Shown here: positions 18,192 through 26,515 of the stretch, in pieces
Layout: the number at the start of each line of letters is the position of its first letter
Position numbering within the stretch: position 1 is the first letter of the stretch
Assembly: GCA_033549025.1 (NCBI GenBank)
Contig: JAWSUS010000029.1
Location: 1-31,419, forward strand
Length of the DNA stretch: 31,419 bases
From: Desulfuromonadales bacterium
Lineage (GTDB): Bacteria; Desulfobacterota; Desulfuromonadia; Desulfuromonadales; SZUA-540
Direction: 5' to 3'
The notes under the pieces: generated by a model
The model's input: the letters and a program-made list of their open reading frames with translations, nothing else
Databases searched by the model: none
What the model was told of the DNA's origin: nothing
Program-made: the position numbers and the translations under genes

Positions 18192-19070
18192 ATGTTCAGA
18201 AATCTGACCATCCGTAAAAGGATCATGGCCATTCTCGCCATAGTCTACGTCATCTCCCTGAGTCTGGCAGTCGGCGGCGGCTATTATGTGCTGCGGCAGG
18301 ACACCATTCGGGAATCCCTGGAAAAAACCGAGATCTTCTCTGCCGCCATGAGCAGCTCGGCCGCCTACCTGGGCAGCTCCATCCGCCCCAAGGTACTCGA
18401 ATATCTGCCCGAAACCTATTTCCCCGAGGCGACGGTCGGCATACTCATGCTCACAAACGTGGCCAAAACGGTTCAGGAACAGTATCCCGAATACATTTAT
18501 CGCATCGCCTCCCCCAATCCTCTCAACCCTGAAAACCTTGCCGATCCTTTCGAAGAACAGCTCATCAAGACCTTCGAGTCGGGGGATACGGAATCCTGGC
18601 GCGGCTTCGTAGATCGCGACGGCAAAGAATTCTATGCCGTGGCTACCCCCATGTCCGCCGGGCAGAACTGCATCTGGTGTCACGACACCCCGGAAGCGGC
18701 GCATCCAAAAATGGTGGAACAATACGGCACCCGCTCCGGCTACGGCTACACCCTGGGCGATGTGGTCGGCGCCCGAATCGTGTACGTTCCCACTGACGTC
18801 GCCCTGGCCCAGGCCAAGAAAAAGCTGGCCTATTTCGCCGGCGGTTTCAGCCTCTTCTTCCTGCTGGCTCTGATCGCCGTTGACCGCATTATCGTCAGCA
18901 GCGTCGTGCGCCCCATCGAAAACATCGTGGCGGTCGCCGAAGACATCAGCCGCGGCAAAATGGACCGTGAGTTCGAGGTCAAGTCCAACGACGAGATCAA
19001 GGCGCTGGCCGATGCCTTTAAACGCATGAAGGTCTCTCTCGCCAAGGCGATGGACATTTTGAGAAAGTAA
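18192..19070 (+). CDS. Membrane c-type heme sensor, TM-DUF3365(Tll0287-like)-TM-HAMP, no output domain
   Basis: NPLNPENLADPFE, CIWCH heme motif, YG..SGYGY.LGDVVGA, second TM, then HAMP (RPI...AEDISRG...DEI..LA.AF.RM) ending at the stop; GGAGG RBS. Confidence 0.88.
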   Translation: MFRNLTIRKRIMAILAIVYVISLSLAVGGGYYVLRQDTIRESLEKTEIFSAAMSSSAAYLGSSIRPKVLEYLPETYFPEATVGILMLTNVAKTVQEQYPEYIYRIASPNPLNPENLADPFEEQLIKTFESGDTESWRGFVDRDGKEFYAVATPMSAGQNCIWCHDTPEAAHPKMVEQYGTRSGYGYTLGDVVGARIVYVPTDVALAQAKKKLAYFAGGFSLFFLLALIAVDRIIVSSVVRPIENIVAVAEDISRGKMDREFEVKSNDEIKALADAFKRMKVSLAKAMDILRK

Positions 19071-19083
19071 TGACCGACACCTG

Positions 19084-19118
19084 TCCGGTCTCGCCAGATC
19101 AACTCCGGCGAGACCGGA
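19084..19118. other. Intercistronic 12-bp hairpin without U-tract
   Basis: TCCGGTCTCGCC-N11-GGCGAGACCGGA. Confidence 0.55.
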
Positions 19119-19200
19119 TGAGTCCTCTTCCAGAAAACGGTCCTCACCCCCTGCACGGGTGCAACGCGGCTTAGACCGCTATTTAACTCCGGGATTTACT

Positions 19201-20598
19201 ATGAGCAATGAAGCCAAGCGCATTCTCGTCGTGGATGATTCTCCCACCGTAAGACGCCTTATCGAACTGATTCTGTCTCAGCAGGGCTACAAGATCTATA
19301 CCGCTGAAGACGGAGACAAAGGGCTTGAAGTCGCCAGGGAAATTTCGCCGTCAGCCATTCTGGTCGATTTCGTCATGCCCCGCATGAACGGCCACATGTT
19401 CTGCAAAACGCTGCGTTCCGATCCCAAAATGAAGGATATTCCCATCATTTTGATCTCTTCCAAAGGGGAAGTGGTCGGCCAGGCTTTTGAGGAATCATTC
19501 GGTGTCCTGCATTATTTCACCAAACCCTTTGAGCCGGACGATCTTATCGCCAAACTCGAGCAGGTTCTGGCTGGCGAGCCGGAGAGCCCAGCGGAAGAAG
19601 CCCCCCCGGCCAGCAAGCCGGCGGAGGACAAGGCGCCGGCAGCGAAGGTTGCGGCCATCGCTCCCCAGGCCGCGCCCCCGGCACCGGCGACCAAACCGGC
19701 CAAAGGCGGAGCGGAAGCTCCTGCGGGTGCCACGGGCCAGTCCTTCGCCGTCGAAGTGCAAGACGCGCTGGACAAGCTGCTGCGCCAATACTTCCAGAAA
19801 GACTTCCCCCTGCTGATGAAGAACGTCATGGCCGACACCTTGCGGGAGACGGGACTGGTCAAGAGCGAAACGCTCGTTCTTTCCGGCGATCTGTCCCACC
19901 TCGCCCTGCCCGACGTGCTCAATTTCATTCACAACTCGCGCCTGTCGGGAAGACTGTCCATCTTTTCCCGGGATGTGTTCGGAGAAATATTTCTGGAAAA
20001 CGGCCTGTTCGTCTTTTCGACCGTCAGCCGTAAAGGAACTCACAAGTTTCTCACCGACCTCATGTGCCGGGATGGGCGCATCAAATGCAGCAAGAAGGCC
20101 CTGCAGAGTGTTATCGATGAAGCCCGCTCCAAAAACCTCCCCGTCGGACGGGTGCTGGTCGAGCGCGGCCATATCACCAACGATGAATTGATGGAATACC
20201 TCAAGCGACATGCCCAGGAAGCGTTCAACGCCATTCTGGAGGTGACTTCGGGTAATTTCTTCCTGGAAAAAGATGCGCTGCCGGTCAACCTGCAGGACAT
20301 CACCTTCCGGCTGCCCCTGATGAATGTCCTGATGGAAGGGCTGCGTCTGCTCGATGAAAAGCAGCTGGCCCAGACGGAGTTCAGGGACGAAAGCGTCGTC
20401 CTTGTCCGCCTCATCACCAACGAGGACGCGCTGGAGTCCATCAATCTGACGGAAAAGGAATTGACCTTCTTCTCGATCATCGACGGCAAAAAGACCTTGC
20501 GCCAGCTCATCGAACAGAGCGGTCTTACCCCCCTCGAAACGAAACGGATCTGCTACACGCTCACCAAGGTGGGCCTGCTGCAGAGGAAATATGCATAG
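19201..20598 (+). CDS. Response regulator with REC, Pro/Ala linker and DUF4388 (PATAN-like; PatA-like regulator)
   Basis: ILVVDDSPT, LVDFVMPRMNG, TKPF; LSGDL..L.LPDVLNFI..SRLSG.L...GEIFLENG; C-terminal IDGKKTL.QL helix-turn-helix-like segment. Confidence 0.88.
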   Translation: MSNEAKRILVVDDSPTVRRLIELILSQQGYKIYTAEDGDKGLEVAREISPSAILVDFVMPRMNGHMFCKTLRSDPKMKDIPIILISSKGEVVGQAFEESFGVLHYFTKPFEPDDLIAKLEQVLAGEPESPAEEAPPASKPAEDKAPAAKVAAIAPQAAPPAPATKPAKGGAEAPAGATGQSFAVEVQDALDKLLRQYFQKDFPLLMKNVMADTLRETGLVKSETLVLSGDLSHLALPDVLNFIHNSRLSGRLSIFSRDVFGEIFLENGLFVFSTVSRKGTHKFLTDLMCRDGRIKCSKKALQSVIDEARSKNLPVGRVLVERGHITNDELMEYLKRHAQEAFNAILEVTSGNFFLEKDALPVNLQDITFRLPLMNVLMEGLRLLDEKQLAQTEFRDESVVLVRLITNEDALESINLTEKELTFFSIIDGKKTLRQLIEQSGLTPLETKRICYTLTKVGLLQRKYA

Positions 20599-20610
20599 GA
20601 CTGGCATCTG

Positions 20611-21561
20611 ATGGCAGATATGCGCAGTACACTCCTGCCCGTTTTCCTGGAAGAGGCCCAGGAGAATCTTGGCAACATAGAAATATGTCTTCAATCGCTC
20701 GGCAAGATCGGCGACAGCAGCCAGGATCTGCTCGAACCCGCCTTCCGCTCGGCCCACACCATCAAAGGGACGGCGGGGCTCGTCAAGCTGAAGGAAACCA
20801 GCACCATCGCCCGCCGTCTGGAAGAGGCCCTGGAGGCCCTCAACCTCTCCGGCAACATTCCCTCTTCGCCGGAGGTCAAAGCCCTGGGCGTCGCCTTCGG
20901 GGTGCTGCAGGAGCAGGTACGCCTGACCGGCAGCAATGAGCCGGAAAGAGCCGGCGCCGCGGCCGAGGTCGATCAGGCTCTGCGGGAAGCCGAAGCCGCC
21001 ACCAAGCGCCCAAGCTTCTCTGTCGTTCCGGCAGAAACCGACGAGGAGGCCTCACCGCTGGTCAGACCCGTGGAGCATAACCTGCCGGTGGCAACAGATC
21101 TGCCCGAAGCCTCCGCGCCTGATCTCTGGCCGGAAGCTGCCGCTTATGACCCTCGTCCGGAGGACATGGAACTCAACCTGGACGATGAAAACTCCACGCG
21201 CGTCGCTCTGCGGGGATTCGCCTGCTGCCATTTTGCGGTGGCGGGCGTCGAATATTATCTGCCGATGGAAAACATGCTGGAGATCTCCCCCCTGCCACCC
21301 CTCACACGGCTGCCCCTCGCCCCCGACTATATCCAGGGATTGGCCAACCTGCGCGGGTCCGTCGTACCCGTTATCCATCTGGGACGCCTGCGCGGACACC
21401 GAAGCGCCGGATCTACGGATCGGCACCTGGTCATCGCCGTCTCGGGGACCGAGAAACTGGGGTTCATCGCCGAAAGCATGCCGAACCTCTCCATGGAAAC
21501 GCAGGGTGAGGCGATCCATCCATCCACCTTCATTCAGAAATTCAAAATAGGAGCAGCCTGA
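20611..21561 (+). CDS. Hpt-CheW fusion protein
   Basis: N-terminal FLEEA...AFRSAHTIKGTAG (Hpt, His kept), acidic linker, C-terminal CheW (LTRLPLAPDYIQGLANLRGSVVPVIHL). Confidence 0.88.
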   Translation: MADMRSTLLPVFLEEAQENLGNIEICLQSLGKIGDSSQDLLEPAFRSAHTIKGTAGLVKLKETSTIARRLEEALEALNLSGNIPSSPEVKALGVAFGVLQEQVRLTGSNEPERAGAAAEVDQALREAEAATKRPSFSVVPAETDEEASPLVRPVEHNLPVATDLPEASAPDLWPEAAAYDPRPEDMELNLDDENSTRVALRGFACCHFAVAGVEYYLPMENMLEISPLPPLTRLPLAPDYIQGLANLRGSVVPVIHLGRLRGHRSAGSTDRHLVIAVSGTEKLGFIAESMPNLSMETQGEAIHPSTFIQKFKIGAA

Positions 21562-23882
21562 TGGCCAGCATTCAGGAAAGCGCTCTGCAGCTATTCTATG
21601 AAGAGGCGGAGGAGCATCTGGCCATCCTGGAGGAAGGCCTGCTGCAGATGGAAAAGAATCCGGCCGTCCATCCCGAGGATATCGACCGGCTCTTCCGCTC
21701 GGCCCATACGATCAAGGGATCGGCCGGTCTGATGAAGCTCAAGACCGTCAGCGCTGTTTCCCACCGTCTCGAGGATACCCTTGAGGGGATCCGTGACGGT
21801 CGCAGCGTCGCGACCAGGGCGAAAGCCGACGCGCTGCTTTTCGCTCTTGACCAGATCCGCGAACTCATCCGCCTGGCCGGCGAAGGGAACACCGAACCGA
21901 CCGGCTTTCTGGAGGAAGTCGACCAGCAGCTTGAATTCGCCGAAAAACAGGCGGAGGAGCAGGCCCCGCCCGAAAGGGTACAGATTCAGGCCGTGCCGAA
22001 AGCTGCACCCGCCTCGACAGATCAAGGATCTACCTATTCCGGCACCGAGCGGCGCCTCGGCTCCCGGCGGGACGACGACTCGGGCGTGGTTTCAGGCGGC
22101 ATCATCAAGGTAGCGGCGGAAAAGATCGAGTCCATGATGGAGATTCTCGGTGAGATCACCGTCTCCAAAACCCACATGATCAACGAACTCGGCGTTATCG
22201 AAAAAATCAGGGAAGAAGTCGAATTCGCCGGCTCTCGTCTGTTGCGTGAAGTCAGCAACTTTTCAGAACGTTTCGCCTACGCCCTGCCCGAACAGGCGAA
22301 GACAACCGATTCCATGCTGGCCGAGTTTCAGGAACTTGAATTCGACCGTTACGACGAACTCAATCTTTTCGCCCGCACCCTGCAGGAAATCACCAACGAC
22401 ATCAATGAAGCTTTGCGCACCATGGCCGATTTCTTCAGCGGCTTTACCACGGAAATCGACCAGCTTGACCGCATGACCGTCGACATGAAGGAGCGGATCT
22501 CGGAAGCCAGAACGATCCAGGCCTCCAACCTTTTCCAGCGCTTTACCCGCTCAGTGCGCGAGTTGTCCAAACAGACGGGCAAACCCCTGGAGCTGATCGT
22601 CTCAGGCGGCGATACCCTCATCGACCGCGCCGTTTACGACGGTCTTTACGACCCGCTGCTCCATATCGTGCGCAATGCCGTCGCCCACGGTTTCGAAGCG
22701 CCCGAAGATCGGCAAAAGCTGGGGAAACCCGCCGCCTGCACCATCTGGCTGTCGGCCAGGAGGCTTGGCAATACCGTCGAAATAGAAGTACGCGACGACG
22801 GCCGGGGCATCCAGTTCGACAAGGTCCGTCAACGGGCTGTTGAAAAGGGCTTTATCGCACCGGATCAGGAGGTGGCCGAGCAGGAATTGATCGACATGAT
22901 CTTCCGGCCCGGTTTCAGCACCACGGAGACGACCGACTCAACCTCCGGCCGGGGGGTCGGCATGAACGTGGTCATGGACCGACTGGCCTCCCTCAACGGC
23001 ACCATCGACATCGACACGATTCAGGGCCAGGGCACCACCATGCGCCTGACCCTGCCCTTGTCGCTGGTCATCGTCAACGTCATCCAGTTCCGGGTCGGCG
23101 AGCAGCGCTTCGTCATTCCATCGACCCTCGTCGCCGAAATTGTCGATTTGCCCGCCGGCGACGACATCCCCGAATACCTCGAAGTGCGCGGCAGCAAACT
23201 CCCACTGGTCGATCTGAACGGCTTTTTCAGCCTGCCGCGGACCGGCAGCACGGCCCCCCTGCGTTTCGCCATCGTCACTCAGGCCTCGGGGGTCAAAACC
23301 AGTCTACTGGTAGAGGAAATTATCAGCCAGGAAGACACCGTCATCAAGCCGTTCGATTCCATGCTCCGCGAGATGCCTTACTTTTCCGGCAGCAGCATCT
23401 CCGGTGACGGGACCCTGCGCCTGGTTATCAACCCCACCCGCCTGCTGGCTTCGGCGGAGCAGTCGTTCTTCCCTGAACAACCCGCTGTCTTTGAAGACGA
23501 AAACCAGGTGCCAAGAGTGCTGATCGTTGACGACTCCCTCAGCGTACGCAAATACGCCTCCATGCTGCTCGAAGCCCATGGCATCGAAGTTCTTACCGCC
23601 AATAACGGTATGGACGCCCTCAACGTTCTGGATGAGAACCAGGTCGACTTCATTATTACCGACCTTGAAATGCCCATCATGCACGGCTACGAACTGCTTG
23701 GGGAGCTGGGCCGCCGTGGTGTTCTCGAGACCATCCCCGTCGCCGTACTCACCTCCCGCGCCGGCAAACAGCATCAGGACAAGGCCTATTCACTTGGCGC
23801 CTCGGATTATCTGATCAAGCCCTTTGAAGAGGAGTCCCTGTTGGAAGTCGTGCGCCGCAATACGCAGCGCAACCGAACCTAA
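21561..23882 (+). CDS. cheA: CheA-like hybrid histidine kinase (Hpt, long dimerisation region, HATPase, CheW, REC), ChpA/PilL-type
   Basis: LFRSAHTIKGSAG; ELEFDRYDELN..AR.L.E (ChpA-like); LLHIVRNAVAHG, DDGRGI, FRPGFST, SGRGVGM; CheW; REC TDLEMP.MHGYEL...LTSRAG..H. Confidence 0.94.
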   Translation: MASIQESALQLFYEEAEEHLAILEEGLLQMEKNPAVHPEDIDRLFRSAHTIKGSAGLMKLKTVSAVSHRLEDTLEGIRDGRSVATRAKADALLFALDQIRELIRLAGEGNTEPTGFLEEVDQQLEFAEKQAEEQAPPERVQIQAVPKAAPASTDQGSTYSGTERRLGSRRDDDSGVVSGGIIKVAAEKIESMMEILGEITVSKTHMINELGVIEKIREEVEFAGSRLLREVSNFSERFAYALPEQAKTTDSMLAEFQELEFDRYDELNLFARTLQEITNDINEALRTMADFFSGFTTEIDQLDRMTVDMKERISEARTIQASNLFQRFTRSVRELSKQTGKPLELIVSGGDTLIDRAVYDGLYDPLLHIVRNAVAHGFEAPEDRQKLGKPAACTIWLSARRLGNTVEIEVRDDGRGIQFDKVRQRAVEKGFIAPDQEVAEQELIDMIFRPGFSTTETTDSTSGRGVGMNVVMDRLASLNGTIDIDTIQGQGTTMRLTLPLSLVIVNVIQFRVGEQRFVIPSTLVAEIVDLPAGDDIPEYLEVRGSKLPLVDLNGFFSLPRTGSTAPLRFAIVTQASGVKTSLLVEEIISQEDTVIKPFDSMLREMPYFSGSSISGDGTLRLVINPTRLLASAEQSFFPEQPAVFEDENQVPRVLIVDDSLSVRKYASMLLEAHGIEVLTANNGMDALNVLDENQVDFIITDLEMPIMHGYELLGELGRRGVLETIPVAVLTSRAGKQHQDKAYSLGASDYLIKPFEEESLLEVVRRNTQRNRT

Positions 23883-23904
23883 TCCCTTTGCCTTTAAACG
23901 CCAG

Positions 23905-23943
23905 ACGCAAAAAAGCCAGGTAGCTAACCTGGCTTTTTTGCGT
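23905..23943. terminator. Bidirectional intrinsic terminator between convergent cheA and MCP
   Basis: Perfect 17-bp stem ACGCAAAAAAGCCAGGT-agcta-ACCTGGCTTTTTTGCGT. Confidence 0.9.
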
Positions 23944-23969
23944 TCACAGTGAAGACTTCGGTGGGAGCA

Positions 23970-25937
23970 TCAGGCCATTTTGATGTCCAGCTCCGTATCG
24001 AATATTTCATCCTCCAGAGCCACCAGATCCTCTTCGATCTCATCTTCTGGTATCGTCTCGTCTTCCACCGAGGCGTCCCCGGAAAGATCAAAAGACACGC
24101 CCTGCTGCAGCAGGTCATCTTCCTCGCCGGGCAGAATGAACTGGGAAAGCGAACTCAGCAGGGTTTCGGACATGTCATGGAGACCATCGGAGATGCGGGA
24201 GGAGTCCTTCACCATGGACATGGCCTGCTGGGAGATCACCGAAACCTCCCGCATCGAAAGCACGGCCTCGTTGGTTAGATGCTGCTGTTTCTGGGACAGG
24301 TCAAAGATTTCGGTAACAACCTGCTTGGAGTCACCGATGGCCTTCTGAATTTCACTGAAGGCATCGCCCGTATCCTGGGCCAACTTGGTCTGCCCTTCAA
24401 CCGTCCGGGTTTCTTCTTCCAGCGAGGCGGTGACTTCGCCCGCCTCGGTCTGAATCGCCTTGATGATGCCCGTGATCTGCTTGGTGGCCTCGGCCGACTT
24501 GTCAGCCAGGCGTTTGATTTCATCGGAAATAACCAGGAAGCCGCGACCCTGTTCCCCTGCACGAGCCGCTTCGATGGAGGCGTTCATGGCCAGAATCGTC
24601 GTCCGCGTGGCAACCTCGGAGATCAACTGGGAGATGGTGCCGATTTCCAGCAGCCTTTCGGACAGGGATTTCATCTTTTTGTTGATGACCTGCACGGTGA
24701 CGCGAATCAGCTGCATCCCCTCAATGTTCTGCATAACCAGGTTGTTGCCCTGCTCGGTAACCTGGTCCACCAGAGCCGAGGTCTCCTGCGCCAGGGTGGC
24801 TTTATTCGAGATTTCCAGCGTCGTGGAAGAGGTTTCGTTAACGAAGTCCGTGGCTTCCTGAACCTGCGACGCCTGCTTTTCAGCGCCGGCTTCCATGGTC
24901 CGGAAAATCTCGAGCAGATGCTGGGATTCGCGACCAACCTCCTCTGCCTTTTGGCGCGTATCGGCCATCTGCTCCGCCAAGCTGTCCACCATCAGGTTGT
25001 AGGCGTCCGCGATAGAACCGAAGGCGTCGGCGGTAACCGGTGCCTTAACGGTGAGGTCGCCGTCGGCCGCCTCGCTAACGACCTCGAGAAAGCCGATAAG
25101 GTTGCTCTGCGTCTCTTCCCGCTCGCCTTCGGTAATGATCGAGTCCTGCAGCTTGTGCAGAGACTCGTTGAACAGCGTGGCCACCTCGGCCAGTTCGTCG
25201 TGGGTATCGACCTCGATTTCTTCAAAATTCCCTTCGGAAAGATTGGCGACGCCGGCCTTGAACTTGTCAAAGGAAGCCGCAATGCGTTTACCGACAACCG
25301 AAGCAGAGAAGAGCCCGATCAGCACCAGTACCAACGCCACGGCAGGGATCGCCCACATGGAAAGAGACCAGGCGCCGGATGTTTTCCCGCGGGCCACGTC
25401 CTTGAGCACAGCCTTTTTCACTACGGGCAGAATATTGGAGAACTCGCGCAGGTTCATGGCGAACGCCTTGATGGCCGGGTCAGCCTCTTCCAGAGTGGCG
25501 CCCTCGAACAAGGAGTCGGCCAGAATATCGAGATTGCTGATCAGGTCGGCCTGAATCGCTTCCAACTGGGATACGGATCGGCTGATCTCATTACTTCCCT
25601 CGGACAGTGCTTTGAGCTGCCCTAGCTGTCTGGGAACAGCTTCTACCTGGCTGTAAAGGGCATCGCTGTACTGTTCCATGGCGTTTTCGTCGCCGCGGGC
25701 CGCCGCCAGCAGAAAATCCTTCTCGCTGCCGCGCATCAGGGCCAGCTCATGGCTCAGCTGGTCAACGATACTGAGCTTCTCAACCTGCTCGTTGGCCACG
25801 CTCAACAGGGCGGTATGGGAGCGATAAAAGAAGTAGTAACTGGTGGCAATGGTTGCCAGGGAAACAACGGTGAAAAAGAGGGCGACGCGCAGAAGCTTGC
25901 GCCGGATGGTACGGACGTTTTTGGCTGGCTGAGCCAT
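23970..25937 (-). CDS. Methyl-accepting chemotaxis protein, PilJ-like (TM, helical periplasmic domain, TM, two HAMP, signalling domain, acidic tail)
   Basis: TTILAMNASIEAARAGEQGRGFLVISDEIKRLA; GDLTVKAPVTADAFGSIADAYN second HAMP is typical of PilJ; GGAGG RBS before the ATG at 25937. Confidence 0.94.
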   Translation of the reverse strand: MAQPAKNVRTIRRKLLRVALFFTVVSLATIATSYYFFYRSHTALLSVANEQVEKLSIVDQLSHELALMRGSEKDFLLAAARGDENAMEQYSDALYSQVEAVPRQLGQLKALSEGSNEISRSVSQLEAIQADLISNLDILADSLFEGATLEEADPAIKAFAMNLREFSNILPVVKKAVLKDVARGKTSGAWSLSMWAIPAVALVLVLIGLFSASVVGKRIAASFDKFKAGVANLSEGNFEEIEVDTHDELAEVATLFNESLHKLQDSIITEGEREETQSNLIGFLEVVSEAADGDLTVKAPVTADAFGSIADAYNLMVDSLAEQMADTRQKAEEVGRESQHLLEIFRTMEAGAEKQASQVQEATDFVNETSSTTLEISNKATLAQETSALVDQVTEQGNNLVMQNIEGMQLIRVTVQVINKKMKSLSERLLEIGTISQLISEVATRTTILAMNASIEAARAGEQGRGFLVISDEIKRLADKSAEATKQITGIIKAIQTEAGEVTASLEEETRTVEGQTKLAQDTGDAFSEIQKAIGDSKQVVTEIFDLSQKQQHLTNEAVLSMREVSVISQQAMSMVKDSSRISDGLHDMSETLLSSLSQFILPGEEDDLLQQGVSFDLSGDASVEDETIPEDEIEEDLVALEDEIFDTELDIKMA

Positions 25938-26094
25938 TTCTTGAGCCTCCCTGAAAATGAGTATGGCAAAAAAGCGTTCAGGCTTTTCGTAGCGACATGA
26001 TCGGAGCAACCGGCACCGGGCCGATCAAAAACATAATTCTCCGGTGAAATAATGACAAAGTATCGACAGCAAAGGTCTGCCTCATTGGGGTATT

Positions 26095-26111
26095 AGCAAG
26101 GGGAGTGCCAA
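26095..26111 (-). promoter_or_regulatory. sigma54 promoter of the MCP gene
   Basis: Minus strand TTGGCACTCCCCTTGCT matches the consensus TGGCAC-N5-TTGCW. Confidence 0.85.
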
Positions 26112-26433
26112 GTCAACCAACTCGCCGGCATGAGTTGGCGCAAAACCATCAGGCAGAGGCCAAAGACCCGATACGGATGTCACACGGTGCATCTTTTGCG
26201 CAAGAAGGACTGTCTTAAGGACTTGAGAGAACTTTCATCTTCAACTTCCGGACCCTGGCACAGTCTGACCGGCACACTAATGTTACTTCCCGTGTAAAAT
26301 CGGCGGAGGTGCCTGAAAAGTCACCCCAAAAAGCCCGTCAGGCTACGGCTATTTGACTGCAAAGCCAGTCTTTTCACGCACAAGCCGCATCATTACTCCC
26401 TAAAAATCGGATTCATATATGGATATTTCACGG

Positions 26434-26449
26434 TGGCATGCAATATGCT
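26434..26449 (+). promoter_or_regulatory. sigma54 promoter of the cytochrome c gene
   Basis: TGGCATGCAATATGCT gives GG-N10-GC, about 67 nt before the ATG. Confidence 0.7.
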
Positions 26450-26515
26450 TTATTGATTAAAAAAAGAACAACACCAACGATGCCTAACCATATTTCTACC
26501 TAAGGAGGAACATCC

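Noticed and set aside
26112..26190. Possible c-di-GMP-I (GEMM) riboswitch (hairpin followed by GCGCAAAACC)
   Set aside because: No GNRA loop and no convincing P2/receptor or 3' strand; it also lies upstream of the predicted sigma54 promoter.
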